Below, piece by piece: positions 25,427-34,754 of a stretch of DNA of 64,000 nt; position 1 is the stretch's first letter; each line of letters opens with the position of its first letter. The position numbers were made by a program, and so were the translations under genes. This stretch comes from a bacterium (lineage in GTDB: Bacteria > Bacteroidota > Ignavibacteria > UBA10030): the NCBI GenBank assembly GCA_043803945.1, contig JAZDJN010000087.1, positions 32,001-96,000 of the forward strand, written 5' to 3'. A model generated the notes under the pieces. That model was not told the origin of the DNA and made no database searches. It saw only the letters and a list, made by a program, of their open reading frames with translations.

Positions 25427-26977
25427 TTATTGATCATTCTTGACAGCCAAGATACTATGTTTTTGACCGTAGGCAAAATAGATCGCCAAACCGAGAACCA
25501 GCCAGACAACGAGGCGCAGCCACGTATCGAGCGGGAGGCTGAGCATCAGCAGACCGGAGATAAGAATTCCCATGATTGGAACGAACGGCACCCATGGTGT
25601 TTTGAACGGTCTGTGCATATCCGGCCTGCGCACGCGCAAAATCCATACCCCGGCACAAACGATCACGAACGCCAGGAGCGTACCGATGCTGACGAGTTCG
25701 CCGAGGATATTAATCGGCAGCAAGGCACCACAAAACGCTACAAAGGTGCCAACAATGATCGTGGAGATCCATGGTGTTCGGAATTTCGGGTGTACTTTTC
25801 CCGCCCATTTCGGAAGAAGCCCATCGTGAGCCATCGAGTAAAATACACGCGACTGGCCGAGCATCATGACCAACATCACGGTGCCGAGTCCGAAAATGGC
25901 TCCGAATTTCACCAGATACCCGCCCCATTTTATTCCTGTTGCATCGATGCCAACGGCAACCGGATCGGAAACGTTGAGGCTTGTGTAAGGGACAACCGCA
26001 GTCAAGAGACCTGCAACGAGAATGTAGAGGATGGTGCAAATAAGCAACGAACCCATGATACCGATCGGCATATCCTTCTGGGGGTTTTTGGCTTCCTGTG
26101 CCGCAGTCGAAACCGCATCAAAACCGATGTAGGCGAAGAAGATAACGCTTGCCGCCCGTGCGATACCGGACCATCCGAACTTGCCAAATTCACCGGTATT
26201 CTCCGGAATGAAGTTTTTCCAGTTCACATCAATTGTTGTGCTGGGGTTTTGAATCACATACCATCCGACAATCCCGATGAAGATCATGACAATGGTGAGT
26301 TTCACGATGACAATCGCCGAATTGAAGTTTGCTGATTCCTTGATCCCGATGACCAGGATCGTTGCGATTGCAATAATTGCGAGAAATGCGACCAGGTTGA
26401 ACGAGGCCGTCATATGGGGAAGTGCTGCTACATCAATCCCCTGCGCGAGCAAGGTGTCTTTGATCCGGGAAAGGTGCTGCCAGTTATCGTTGTAGAGCAC
26501 CAGCTCTGTCCCCGGTGCACCGGTTAAACCCGGAGGAATGTGTATACCAAAGTCATTCAAGAGGCTTAGTAAATATCCGCTCCACCCGGAAGCAACCGTA
26601 GCGGCACCGAATGCATATTCGAGAATTAAATCCCAGCCGATGATCCAGGCAAACAATTCCCCGAGCGTTGCGTAGCCGTACGTATACGCCGATCCGGCAA
26701 TAGGAATGAGTGAAGCAAATTCTGCATAACATAAGCCGGCGAAGACACACGCAATACCCGAGACGACAAACGAAAGGACGATTGCTGGACCGGCATAGTT
26801 TGCCGCAGCTGCACCGGTAAGCACAAAAATGCCGGCGCCGATGATCGCTCCGATTCCAAGCGTTATCAGGTTAAGAGGACCAAGCACACGTTTTAAACTA
26901 TGCTCACCGCTTTCCTGCGCTTCGTTCATCAGCAGGTCGAGAGGTTTCGTTACGAACAGTCGAGAGGGTTTACTCAT
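25427..26977 (-). CDS. APC-family amino acid permease (CAT/YfnA-like)
   Basis: LGIGAIIGAGIF, CYAEFASLIPIAGSAYTY, FFAYIGFDAVST and SIGTLLAF motifs. The ATG at 26977 follows a GGAGG RBS. Confidence 0.93.
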   Translation of the reverse strand: MSKPSRLFVTKPLDLLMNEAQESGEHSLKRVLGPLNLITLGIGAIIGAGIFVLTGAAAANYAGPAIVLSFVVSGIACVFAGLCYAEFASLIPIAGSAYTYGYATLGELFAWIIGWDLILEYAFGAATVASGWSGYLLSLLNDFGIHIPPGLTGAPGTELVLYNDNWQHLSRIKDTLLAQGIDVAALPHMTASFNLVAFLAIIAIATILVIGIKESANFNSAIVIVKLTIVMIFIGIVGWYVIQNPSTTIDVNWKNFIPENTGEFGKFGWSGIARAASVIFFAYIGFDAVSTAAQEAKNPQKDMPIGIMGSLLICTILYILVAGLLTAVVPYTSLNVSDPVAVGIDATGIKWGGYLVKFGAIFGLGTVMLVMMLGQSRVFYSMAHDGLLPKWAGKVHPKFRTPWISTIIVGTFVAFCGALLPINILGELVSIGTLLAFVIVCAGVWILRVRRPDMHRPFKTPWVPFVPIMGILISGLLMLSLPLDTWLRLVVWLVLGLAIYFAYGQKHSILAVKNDQ

Positions 26978-27077
26978 GCAGATACCTCCTATAAATGTAT
27001 GGAAGAAAGAATGAGTGTTCATTCTATTGATTGTATTGTCACACTTCTGAAAACAATTCTCCTCACATCACGACACA

Positions 27078-27719
27078 TTACGATTGATTTTTGGTTCCCT
27101 TGTTCTTTATCCTGTGCTGAAGATATTTTATGATACCTGGTAATATGGAAATAAAGATTACAACCGCAATGACGTATTCAATTTTATTTTGTATCCCGGG
27201 AACTGTTTGCCCTAAGAAATACCCAAGAAGGATCATACTTGAAATCCAACAGACAGCGCCGACAACATTGAATGTAATAAATCGACGGTACCCCATCTCT
27301 GCTATTCCGGCTACGACCGGAGCGAATGTCCGTGCAAAAGGCATAAACTGTGCAAGAATAATCGTCATACCGCCGTACTGATCGTAGAACTCTTTTGTCT
27401 TGAGCAGGTGATCCCGGCGAAAGAATTTCGATTGCGGCCTGTTGAAGAGCGGGAGGCCTGCACGCTTGCCGATGTTGTATCCGGTTGTGTTGCCTGCAAT
27501 AGCGGATACAATTAACAGTGGAATCAGGAGCACAACATCCAAATCTCCGCGTGAAGCAAAAAGGCCTGCCGTTACAAGAAGGGAATCACCGGGAAGGAAA
27601 AATCCGATCAGAAGGCCGGTTTCAGAAAAAATAATTGCACAAAGTCCGATATAGCCGCCCCAGATAATAATCTCTTCGAGTGTGGGAAGCTGCGGTAAGA
27701 ATCCAAGAAATTCCATCAC
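27078..27719 (-). CDS. dedA: DedA-family membrane protein
   Basis: FSETGLLIGFFLPGDSLL, FMPFARTFAPVVAG and FNVVGA motifs. Confidence 0.93.
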   Translation of the reverse strand: MMEFLGFLPQLPTLEEIIIWGGYIGLCAIIFSETGLLIGFFLPGDSLLVTAGLFASRGDLDVVLLIPLLIVSAIAGNTTGYNIGKRAGLPLFNRPQSKFFRRDHLLKTKEFYDQYGGMTIILAQFMPFARTFAPVVAGIAEMGYRRFITFNVVGAVCWISSMILLGYFLGQTVPGIQNKIEYVIAVVIFISILPGIIKYLQHRIKNKGTKNQS

Positions 27720-27780
27720 ACGATTTCACCTCTCCTCTCATGTTGTAGTAAATAACGATTGACCATAGTATAAGTTTTTC

Positions 27781-29004
27781 TCAACTCTGAAGAGCTTCTT
27801 CAGGGGGTGTATATTCACCTTCCCATCGTGCGATCACAACCGTTGCGAGACAATTACCAACAACATTGACCATCGTTCTCCCCATGTCCATCAATTCATC
27901 GACACCAAGAATAACAGCTACGCCTTCAATGGGAAGTCCGAACGAAGCGAGCGTTCCGGCAAGAATGACCAGTGATGCACGAGGAACACCTGCCACTCCT
28001 TTACTGGTGAGCATGAGTGTCAACACCATCATCGCCTGCTGCCCCCATGATAGTTCCACTCCTGCTGCCTGAGCGACAAACACTGCCGCGAGCGAGAGAT
28101 ACAGTGTCGTGCCATCCAGATTGAAACTGTATCCTGTCGGTATGACAAAGGAAACAATCCGCCGAGGTACACCGATTGACTCCATCGCTTCCATTGCTTT
28201 CGGCAGCGCCGCCTCTGAACTTGTCGTTGAGAAGGCAATCAATGCAGGCTCCTTCACAGCGCGAAAGAAGAGCCTCAGCGGAACCCTGGCGATAAGCGCC
28301 ACTGGAGCAAACACAAGAAGGATTAATAATGTCAGAGCAACATATAATGAAATGATCAGCAAGCCAAGGTTAATAAGTACGGACAATCCCTTGCTCCCGA
28401 CGGTGACAGCGATTGCGGCACCGACACCGATTGGTGCATATTTCATGACGATCGCGGTAAATTTAAACATGGTCTCGGCAAGTGAATCGCAGAAACCCAG
28501 CATGACAGCTCGCTTCTCCTTAGCGACCATCGCCAGTGCAAAACTGAAGATGAGTGTGAAGACAACGATCTGCAAGACTTCTCCTTCTGCAGCCGCTTGA
28601 AAAAAACTTTGTGGAACGATGTGGATCAATACTTCCGCAAAGGTCTGCTTCTTTCCTATTATCTCTCCGACATGTTCTACAGCTTTCAAGTTGACCCCAT
28701 CACCCGGCCTGATGACATTAACCACAAGAAGTCCGATTAACAGTGCAATGGTCGTAACGACTTCAAAATAGATTAACGCCTTTACCCCCATCCTGCCAAC
28801 CTGTTTCAGATTGCCATGGCCTGCAATGCCGACAACAAGCGTGGCAAAAATGAGCGGTGCAATAATCGATTTAATCAGACGAAGGAACGTCATGCTTAAT
28901 GGACGGAGCTCAACGGCGAACTCGGGCCAGAAATATCCCACAATGAGGCCTATCCCCATGCCGATAAATATCCATTGGGTGAGTGTCGGTTTATAAATCT
29001 TCAT
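27781..29004 (-). CDS. Dicarboxylate/amino acid:cation symporter (GltP/DctA-like)
   Basis: AFSTTSSEAALP, GYSFNLDGT, SKGVAGVPRAS and GVDELMDMGRTMVNVVGN motifs. Confidence 0.95.
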   Translation of the reverse strand: MKIYKPTLTQWIFIGMGIGLIVGYFWPEFAVELRPLSMTFLRLIKSIIAPLIFATLVVGIAGHGNLKQVGRMGVKALIYFEVVTTIALLIGLLVVNVIRPGDGVNLKAVEHVGEIIGKKQTFAEVLIHIVPQSFFQAAAEGEVLQIVVFTLIFSFALAMVAKEKRAVMLGFCDSLAETMFKFTAIVMKYAPIGVGAAIAVTVGSKGLSVLINLGLLIISLYVALTLLILLVFAPVALIARVPLRLFFRAVKEPALIAFSTTSSEAALPKAMEAMESIGVPRRIVSFVIPTGYSFNLDGTTLYLSLAAVFVAQAAGVELSWGQQAMMVLTLMLTSKGVAGVPRASLVILAGTLASFGLPIEGVAVILGVDELMDMGRTMVNVVGNCLATVVIARWEGEYTPPEEALQS

Positions 29005-29018
29005 GCTTCAGCTCTCAC

Positions 29019-30419
29019 TCAGTTTGTTGTTGATGATTGTTTTCGGGTCCAATAGTAATAGAACGGAAGTGAAATAAGCAGCAGGACAATTCCTATCACT
29101 GCATTGCGGGTATCTTCCATCAGCGTATTATAGATAAACCATCCGGCAATCGCGACAAAGAGCAGCGTGGCATAGGGATACCCCCATGCTTTGTAGGGGC
29201 GCTCGGCATCCGGCATCTTGTACCGCAGCACGATGACACTGACTGCCGTCATAGCATAGAAGAACCAGGAGCCGAAGACAACGAAGGCCGCGATTTGATC
29301 GTAGGTTCCGCTGAGGGTGAGCAGCGCACTCCAGATTCCTAGCGTGATAATAGCAACATACGGACTTTTATAAGTCGGATGAACCTTCCCCAACGATTTC
29401 GTAACACAACCATCGGCTCCTGCGGCGTAAATCGACCGCGGGCCCCCAAGCAGCATGCCGTTGGTGGTGCCAAACGTAGAGCACATGATACCAATCACAA
29501 TGAGCGCTGCTCCGACTGGACCGACAACGCGAGCAGCAACATCCGCTGCAATACGTGTGGATCCGGCCATTTCGTTAACAGGAATAACGTAAGCATAGGC
29601 AAGATTTGCCGAGATGTAGAGAATAATGACCGCGACAGTCCCGATCAGCAGCGAGAGCGGAACATTGCGTTTTGGATTCTTGAATTCACCGGCTGTTAGT
29701 GTGACATCAATCCACCCGTCGTACGACCAGAGTGCAGAGATCATGGCGAGCCCGAATGCCGAGAGCATACCGCTCTCCCAGTGATCGGGCCACCAGGGAA
29801 GGTAATTTGAGGTGCTTCCCTTTCCCGAAAAAACAACGGCGAGGATGAGTCCCACAAGTGCTACAACTTTTGCCGTCGTGAAAATGTTCATAACCCATCC
29901 GCCGAAAATGACACCGCGCACATTGATCAGTGTGACAACCATGATGACCAGCATCGCGAAGAGCTGCACCCATCCGAAGCCGAATTCCATCGGAACACCG
30001 GCGAGTGAGAGGTGCATCGTAAAGAATTTATTTGCAGGGTCAAGCAGTGGAACGAAGTATCCCAGATACGTAATAAATGCTACCGCTATTGCCGCTGCCG
30101 ATCCCGCTTTGTTGATGAAGTAATCGTTCCAACTGAAGAGGAATCCCCAGATTCTGCCATACCCATTTTTCAGGTAGACATACGGGCCGCCTGCCTGGGG
30201 GAGCACAACACTGAGTTCCGCAAGCGTCAGCGCACCGAAGAGTGTCAGCATTCCTGCAACAATCCAGACAAGCATAATCGGACCCATTGCGTGGAGATGG
30301 CCTGCTATCGTTGCCGGTACGAGGAAAATTCCGGAACCGATGATCACACCCATATGGATGGCAATTCCTTCGCGCAATCCAAGTACGCGGAGAAGCTGAG
30401 GTTTGTTGTTGTCTGTCAT
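29019..30419 (-). CDS. APC-family amino acid permease (LAT/SteT-like)
   Basis: IIGSGIF, AEL...PQAGGPYVYL, LWSYDGW and ERPYKAWGYP motifs. Confidence 0.93.
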   Translation of the reverse strand: MTDNNKPQLLRVLGLREGIAIHMGVIIGSGIFLVPATIAGHLHAMGPIMLVWIVAGMLTLFGALTLAELSVVLPQAGGPYVYLKNGYGRIWGFLFSWNDYFINKAGSAAAIAVAFITYLGYFVPLLDPANKFFTMHLSLAGVPMEFGFGWVQLFAMLVIMVVTLINVRGVIFGGWVMNIFTTAKVVALVGLILAVVFSGKGSTSNYLPWWPDHWESGMLSAFGLAMISALWSYDGWIDVTLTAGEFKNPKRNVPLSLLIGTVAVIILYISANLAYAYVIPVNEMAGSTRIAADVAARVVGPVGAALIVIGIMCSTFGTTNGMLLGGPRSIYAAGADGCVTKSLGKVHPTYKSPYVAIITLGIWSALLTLSGTYDQIAAFVVFGSWFFYAMTAVSVIVLRYKMPDAERPYKAWGYPYATLLFVAIAGWFIYNTLMEDTRNAVIGIVLLLISLPFYYYWTRKQSSTTN

Positions 30420-30488
30420 AGAGCGGTTATCAATGAGTGTATGATGGTAAGAGGGTAAGAGTGTATGAAAAAAACAAGGCGAATAAAT

Positions 30489-30877
30489 TCATCTCACTTT
30501 CCAATATTCTGGGTGATTCATCATCGTGATCAATTTACCAATGATAAAGCTATACTCTGAAAGCAGAGTCTCTGATCGTTCGTTGTTCAGATAACAACAT
30601 TTTACTGCAAACTCAAGCCATACCTGTGTCTCAGCAGCTTCGGCATTGGCATCCGATAATTTTGATACAAATGCTGCAGGGTATATCCTTTTTGAAAAGC
30701 CTCTGCAATATTTGCACAAACAGATCGTGAGAATCGTCTGATCTGATCGACTAACGAGTAGCGTTCTTCCTTTGGAAAAGTTTTTGTTAACTCAAATATG
30801 GACATTGCGGCATCCATCGCCATTCGATATACTTCCAGTTCCCGATATCCTGAAAGGCGTTTCTTTTCTCCCACCAT
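30489..30877 (-). pseudogene. Four-helix-bundle protein (23S rRNA IVP/TIGR02436-like) split by a 1-nt frameshift
   Basis: Frame 1 reads YRELEVY...FPKEERYSLVDQIRRFSRSVCANIAEAF; frame 2 reads KRIYPAAFVSKLSDANAEAAETQVWLEFA. The shift is at the A5 run at 30689-30693, and one more A restores the frame. Confidence 0.85.
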
Positions 30878-30920
30878 GATTCACCTCCCTTGATGACTCA
30901 TAATTCTAGTGAGATACTAC

Positions 30921-31082
30921 GTCTTACCCTCTTACACTCTTATCTTCCTTCTTCTCTCCCTCTCTCCCAGTCACCCATTCTCCTCGTCTCCCTTTCTCCG
31001 ACTCACCTCCCCAGATGAATTCACAACTCCGGTTGTATCACTACTTCTCACTCTTACCACTCCTACTCTCTTCCAATTCTCA
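30921..31082 (+). repeat. 8-bp period pyrimidine-rich repeat tract, inverted relative to the tract at 30435-30468
   Basis: gtcttacc ctcttaca ctcttatc ... TCTTACCCTCTTAC (30922-30935) is the exact reverse complement of 30447-30460. Confidence 0.75.
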
Positions 31083-32633
31083 TGCTTTCTTCTTCAACAA
31101 ACTATGCCAGTATCCGTAGGAAAAATAGAAGACTAAACCGATTGCGAGCCAGATGCCAAACCGTATCCAGGTGACCCAGGGAAGCCCAAGCATCAGGTAG
31201 AGGCACATACCGATACCAAGAAGAGGAACAAGCGGAACAAGTGGAGTCTTGAAAACGCGTGGCCTGTCCGGATCTGTTCGGCGAAGAATAATAACACCGG
31301 CACAGACAAGCACAAAAGCGAAGAGTGTACCGATGTTGGTGAGTTCAACGATCTCGTTGATGTTCGCCATAGCAGCGACAACGGCAACTGCCACACCTGT
31401 CCAGATGGTGGTCAGATGAGGTGTCTGATAACGGGGATGAACTTTAGCGAAGTATTTCGGCAGCAATCCATCGCGGGACATGGAGAAGAAAATTCTTGGC
31501 TGGCCCAGTTGAAACACCAACAGGACAGCGGTCATAGAAATTACCGCACCGAGCGACACAATGCCGGCAGCCCAATCCAATCCGAGGCGTGCGAAGGCCG
31601 CTGCGAGTGGATCGGCAACACCGAGTTGATTCCATGGCTCGATCCCGGTGAGCACAAAGGCTGTCGCGACATAGATGACCGTACAAATAACAAGTGAGGT
31701 AATGATTGCAATGGGCATATCATGGCCCGGATTTTTACATTCTTCCGCAGCCGTCGAGATAGCATCGAACCCGATAAACGCAAAGAAAATTAAGCTTGCA
31801 CCGGTCCAGACACCCGCAAAACCGTTCGGCATAAATGGAGTCCAGTTCTCCGGTTTGACATACATCGCACCCACACCGATAAAAAAGAGAAGGATGACCA
31901 ATTTCAATGCCACCATCACATTATTAGCGCGTGCAGATTCTTTGATTCCGATCACCAGAATCCAGGTGACAAAGGCAACGATAGCGACTGCTAGAAAATT
32001 GAAAATGAGATGGAATCCGAAAATTGTCGGAGCGGTCGTCCAGGCATTGTACCCAAGCAGTTGATCCGGGGTAACTGTTCCTCCTGCAGCAAGAACGGCC
32101 TCTGCCGCCTGATGAGCACTGCGATAATCCACAGCAAGCCATGCAGGGAAATGAATTCCCAAACCCGCCATCAACTGATGAAAATATGCCGCCCAGCCGA
32201 TTGCCACCGCAACATTGCCAACGGCATATTCGATGATCAAGTCCCACCCGATGATCCAGGCAACCAACTCACCGAGCGTGGCATAGGAATAGGTGTAAGC
32301 GCTGCCGGCAATCGGCACGAGAGCTGCAAACTCTGCATAGCAGAGGGCACAAAATGCACACGCAACTGCGGTAATGATAAAAGAGAGCGAGACTGCCGGG
32401 CCAGCTCCAAGGTGACCGGCACCGCCGGCTGCAGCCGTTCCGATAATGGCGAAAATTCCGGTACCGATGATGGCACCGATGCCGAGGGCAATCAAGTCGA
32501 TGGAGCCGAGGGAACGTTTCAGGTGAACTTCACCTGACCGTTCAGCATCTGCTGTTATTTGATCGAGGTCTTTACGACGAAACATCTGTGTCTTATTCAT
32601 CATTTCACGTTGTAGTGGGGGGAGACCATGCAC
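31080..32633 (-). CDS. APC-family amino acid permease (CAT/YfnA-like)
   Basis: LGIGAIIGTGIF, CYAEFAALVPIAGSAYTY, FFAFIGFDAIST and NIGTLFAF motifs. The true start may be 32603 or 32600. Confidence 0.93.
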   Translation of the reverse strand: MHGLPPLQREMMNKTQMFRRKDLDQITADAERSGEVHLKRSLGSIDLIALGIGAIIGTGIFAIIGTAAAGGAGHLGAGPAVSLSFIITAVACAFCALCYAEFAALVPIAGSAYTYSYATLGELVAWIIGWDLIIEYAVGNVAVAIGWAAYFHQLMAGLGIHFPAWLAVDYRSAHQAAEAVLAAGGTVTPDQLLGYNAWTTAPTIFGFHLIFNFLAVAIVAFVTWILVIGIKESARANNVMVALKLVILLFFIGVGAMYVKPENWTPFMPNGFAGVWTGASLIFFAFIGFDAISTAAEECKNPGHDMPIAIITSLVICTVIYVATAFVLTGIEPWNQLGVADPLAAAFARLGLDWAAGIVSLGAVISMTAVLLVFQLGQPRIFFSMSRDGLLPKYFAKVHPRYQTPHLTTIWTGVAVAVVAAMANINEIVELTNIGTLFAFVLVCAGVIILRRTDPDRPRVFKTPLVPLVPLLGIGMCLYLMLGLPWVTWIRFGIWLAIGLVFYFSYGYWHSLLKKKA

Positions 32634-32670
32634 TCATAGTTCAGGGTGCCGATGATTACAGCAATGCAGG

Positions 32671-32699
32671 ATACTACTTATTATTGTCGGATTGTTCAA
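32671..32699 (-). promoter_or_regulatory. Candidate sigma70 promoter for the permease array
   Basis: Minus strand TTGAAC-N17-TAGTAT, just upstream of the 31080-32633 gene. Confidence 0.4.
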
Positions 32700-32911
32700 G
32701 CTTTTTTTGATGGACTAATCCACCGCATCAATGTGCCATGAAGGTATCGGGGGACAAGGGCCTTCTCTCCATTCACCAGAATCTCGACCGAACCATCGTT
32801 CTCTTGTGCGGGTATTAGGATCTGTTACCGCTCGAATGGAGGAATGATCGTTGTCAACACCCTTTGGGTAAGAATTGCTCTGATATCGTTCACCGGAATA
32901 CCCTTGAAGGA

Positions 32912-34669
32912 TTATCCGCCAAAAATAATAAGTTGGATTTCATCGGGCAAATAGGTCGTCAGCGATTTCATCACATTCCCCTTAAGCACTTTTTCAAGGA
33001 GATTGCGCTTTGTGACCCCGATGATCACCCGGTCGACACCGAACGTTGCGGCATGCTCGGAGATGGTATATCCGACATCATAGCTCGGGATGGAAACCAA
33101 CTGGAAGTCGATGCCCGAAGCACTGCACATCTCCTCGACGTGATCTTCGAATCCGTTCGACGACATCTCAATTTTTGAAGGTAATGCTCCCACGGCAATT
33201 TCTTTGATGCGAATAATGAAGAGAAGCGCTTTTCGTTGTTTGGCCTCTTCGATGGAAAACTTGAGAAGCTTATCATTCACTTCCTTCATGGCCAGCAGAA
33301 ATTTTGTGGAAGGTATGGAGGTCCGCCGTCTCTTGCGTATGGACGAGATGATCGGCTGCGCCAATTCAGTGACCGGGACCTGCTTGCCGAACTTCGATTT
33401 TGCAAATTGGCGGGCAGCGAGGCCGGCACCGAGAATGAGCGCGGCAAAAATTGTCGCCTCAACCTTGTTCAAAGCGATTGATACTTCGATCGCTGCCATG
33501 ACCACCGCCGAAACAATCATAAGAATCTTGACACCCGATTTCATGCTCACGGTGGGATCGGTTGCCGTCGAGCCAAGATTAATCGTAATTGCACCGACAA
33601 GGCCAATGGCATATAAATGAGAGAGGGTTTCAACATCGGGAAGAATGATAAGCACGATTATTGGTATCAGCGTTGTGATAACCAGCGGTAGAATCGGAAC
33701 GCCATGTCTGTTGAGAATCCGAAGTGACCGGGGCAATTCCTTATCGACAGACATCAAAAATTGGACGGAGATAAGGCCATTCAATGCTGTGTTTCCGGCT
33801 GAGATCAATAAAACACCGAGTGAAAGCGCAAGCACCCAGCCAAACCATTCGCCCACATAATGCACACCCAGAAAGCGAAGCATATTCTCAAGGTGGTCTC
33901 CGGGATTAAGGCCGGGGATCGCGTGCAAGGCTAATCCAAGGAACACATTTGCAATAATGACCTTGAATAGAACACTGAGAATTGCATTGCGTGAATCACG
34001 CGCGGGATCTTTCATCAATCCGGTCATGTTCGAGATAGCTTCAATGCCGGAGAGACTCAGGATAAAACCTGTGAAGAGCCCCCAATTGTGAAAAAAGCTT
34101 CCTTTCGGGAACTCAATATGTGCTTGCGTGAAAGCTGCGGGTGCGGAGAAGAAAATGACCACCACCAGCGTTACCACCGTGAAGGCGGAGATAATAACGG
34201 CAAGGCTGCCCGAATGTCTCGGTCCAAACCAATTAACAACGCCAAGGCCGATAATCACCAGGATTGCAATCAGTAAAGGATTTCCAAAGCTAAGGTAGTG
34301 GCATGCATCGAGAATGGAGAGGGCCATCGTAACGATATAATCCGCTCCCAGCAACAGTGCGCCGATGACTGCCAGTAATTTTGAACGGTGATACACCGAA
34401 TTATAAACACCGCCTCCATTGGGATAGAGGCGACAGATAGTGATATAATTAAGGGCGACGATGGTCGTTAAGACCATCATGGAGGAGAGATGCCAGAAAC
34501 TGGAATATCCAGCAAGGGCAAATCCAATGCCCATGACATAGGCAACACTGGTACCCCAATCGCCATCCAGAATTGCAGCACTGCGTATCCACCCAAGTAC
34601 TCTGGGGCGACTGGTCGCATATTCGACAACAACAGGATGTTTAGCAGATGGTGAAGCTTCTGTATCCAA
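32912..34669 (-). CDS. KimA/KUP-like APC-fold transporter with a C-terminal USP-like domain (putative K+/H+ symporter)
   Basis: GDWGTSVAY, YPNGGGVY, ADYIVT, SGIEAISN and LYAIG motifs; soluble C-terminal USP-like domain (VDRVIIGVTKR...LKGNV). The start codon is uncertain (TTG). Confidence 0.75.
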   Translation of the reverse strand: MDTEASPSAKHPVVVEYATSRPRVLGWIRSAAILDGDWGTSVAYVMGIGFALAGYSSFWHLSSMMVLTTIVALNYITICRLYPNGGGVYNSVYHRSKLLAVIGALLLGADYIVTMALSILDACHYLSFGNPLLIAILVIIGLGVVNWFGPRHSGSLAVIISAFTVVTLVVVIFFSAPAAFTQAHIEFPKGSFFHNWGLFTGFILSLSGIEAISNMTGLMKDPARDSRNAILSVLFKVIIANVFLGLALHAIPGLNPGDHLENMLRFLGVHYVGEWFGWVLALSLGVLLISAGNTALNGLISVQFLMSVDKELPRSLRILNRHGVPILPLVITTLIPIIVLIILPDVETLSHLYAIGLVGAITINLGSTATDPTVSMKSGVKILMIVSAVVMAAIEVSIALNKVEATIFAALILGAGLAARQFAKSKFGKQVPVTELAQPIISSIRKRRRTSIPSTKFLLAMKEVNDKLLKFSIEEAKQRKALLFIIRIKEIAVGALPSKIEMSSNGFEDHVEEMCSASGIDFQLVSIPSYDVGYTISEHAATFGVDRVIIGVTKRNLLEKVLKGNVMKSLTTYLPDEIQLIIFGG

Positions 34670-34694
34670 GGAAAAGGAACTCAGTTGTGAACAA

Positions 34695-34729
34695 TAGAAA
34701 AGCCGAGGCGATGGAGATTGCCTCGGCTT
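34695..34729 (-). terminator. Intrinsic terminator at the end of the Ton/Exb operon
   Basis: Minus strand AAGCCGAGGCAAT-CTCC-ATCGCCTCGGCTT followed by TTCTATT. Confidence 0.75.
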
Positions 34730-34754
34730 CCCTCATCTAGCGGGGACAATAGTA

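Noticed and set aside
25184-26335. 383-aa plus-strand ORF, and similar long antisense ORFs such as 40778-41482, 24247-24876, 38795-39475 and 43098-43772
   Set aside because: These are shadows of well-supported minus-strand genes and have no recognisable motifs.
30489-30877. Diversity-generating retroelement suggested by the Avd-like four-helix bundle
   Set aside because: No reverse transcriptase or TR/VR repeat pair is visible in the window.
32725-32739. Second sigma54-like site (minus strand TGGCACATTGATGC) upstream of the permease array
   Set aside because: The GG-to-GC spacing is 9 nt rather than the required 10.
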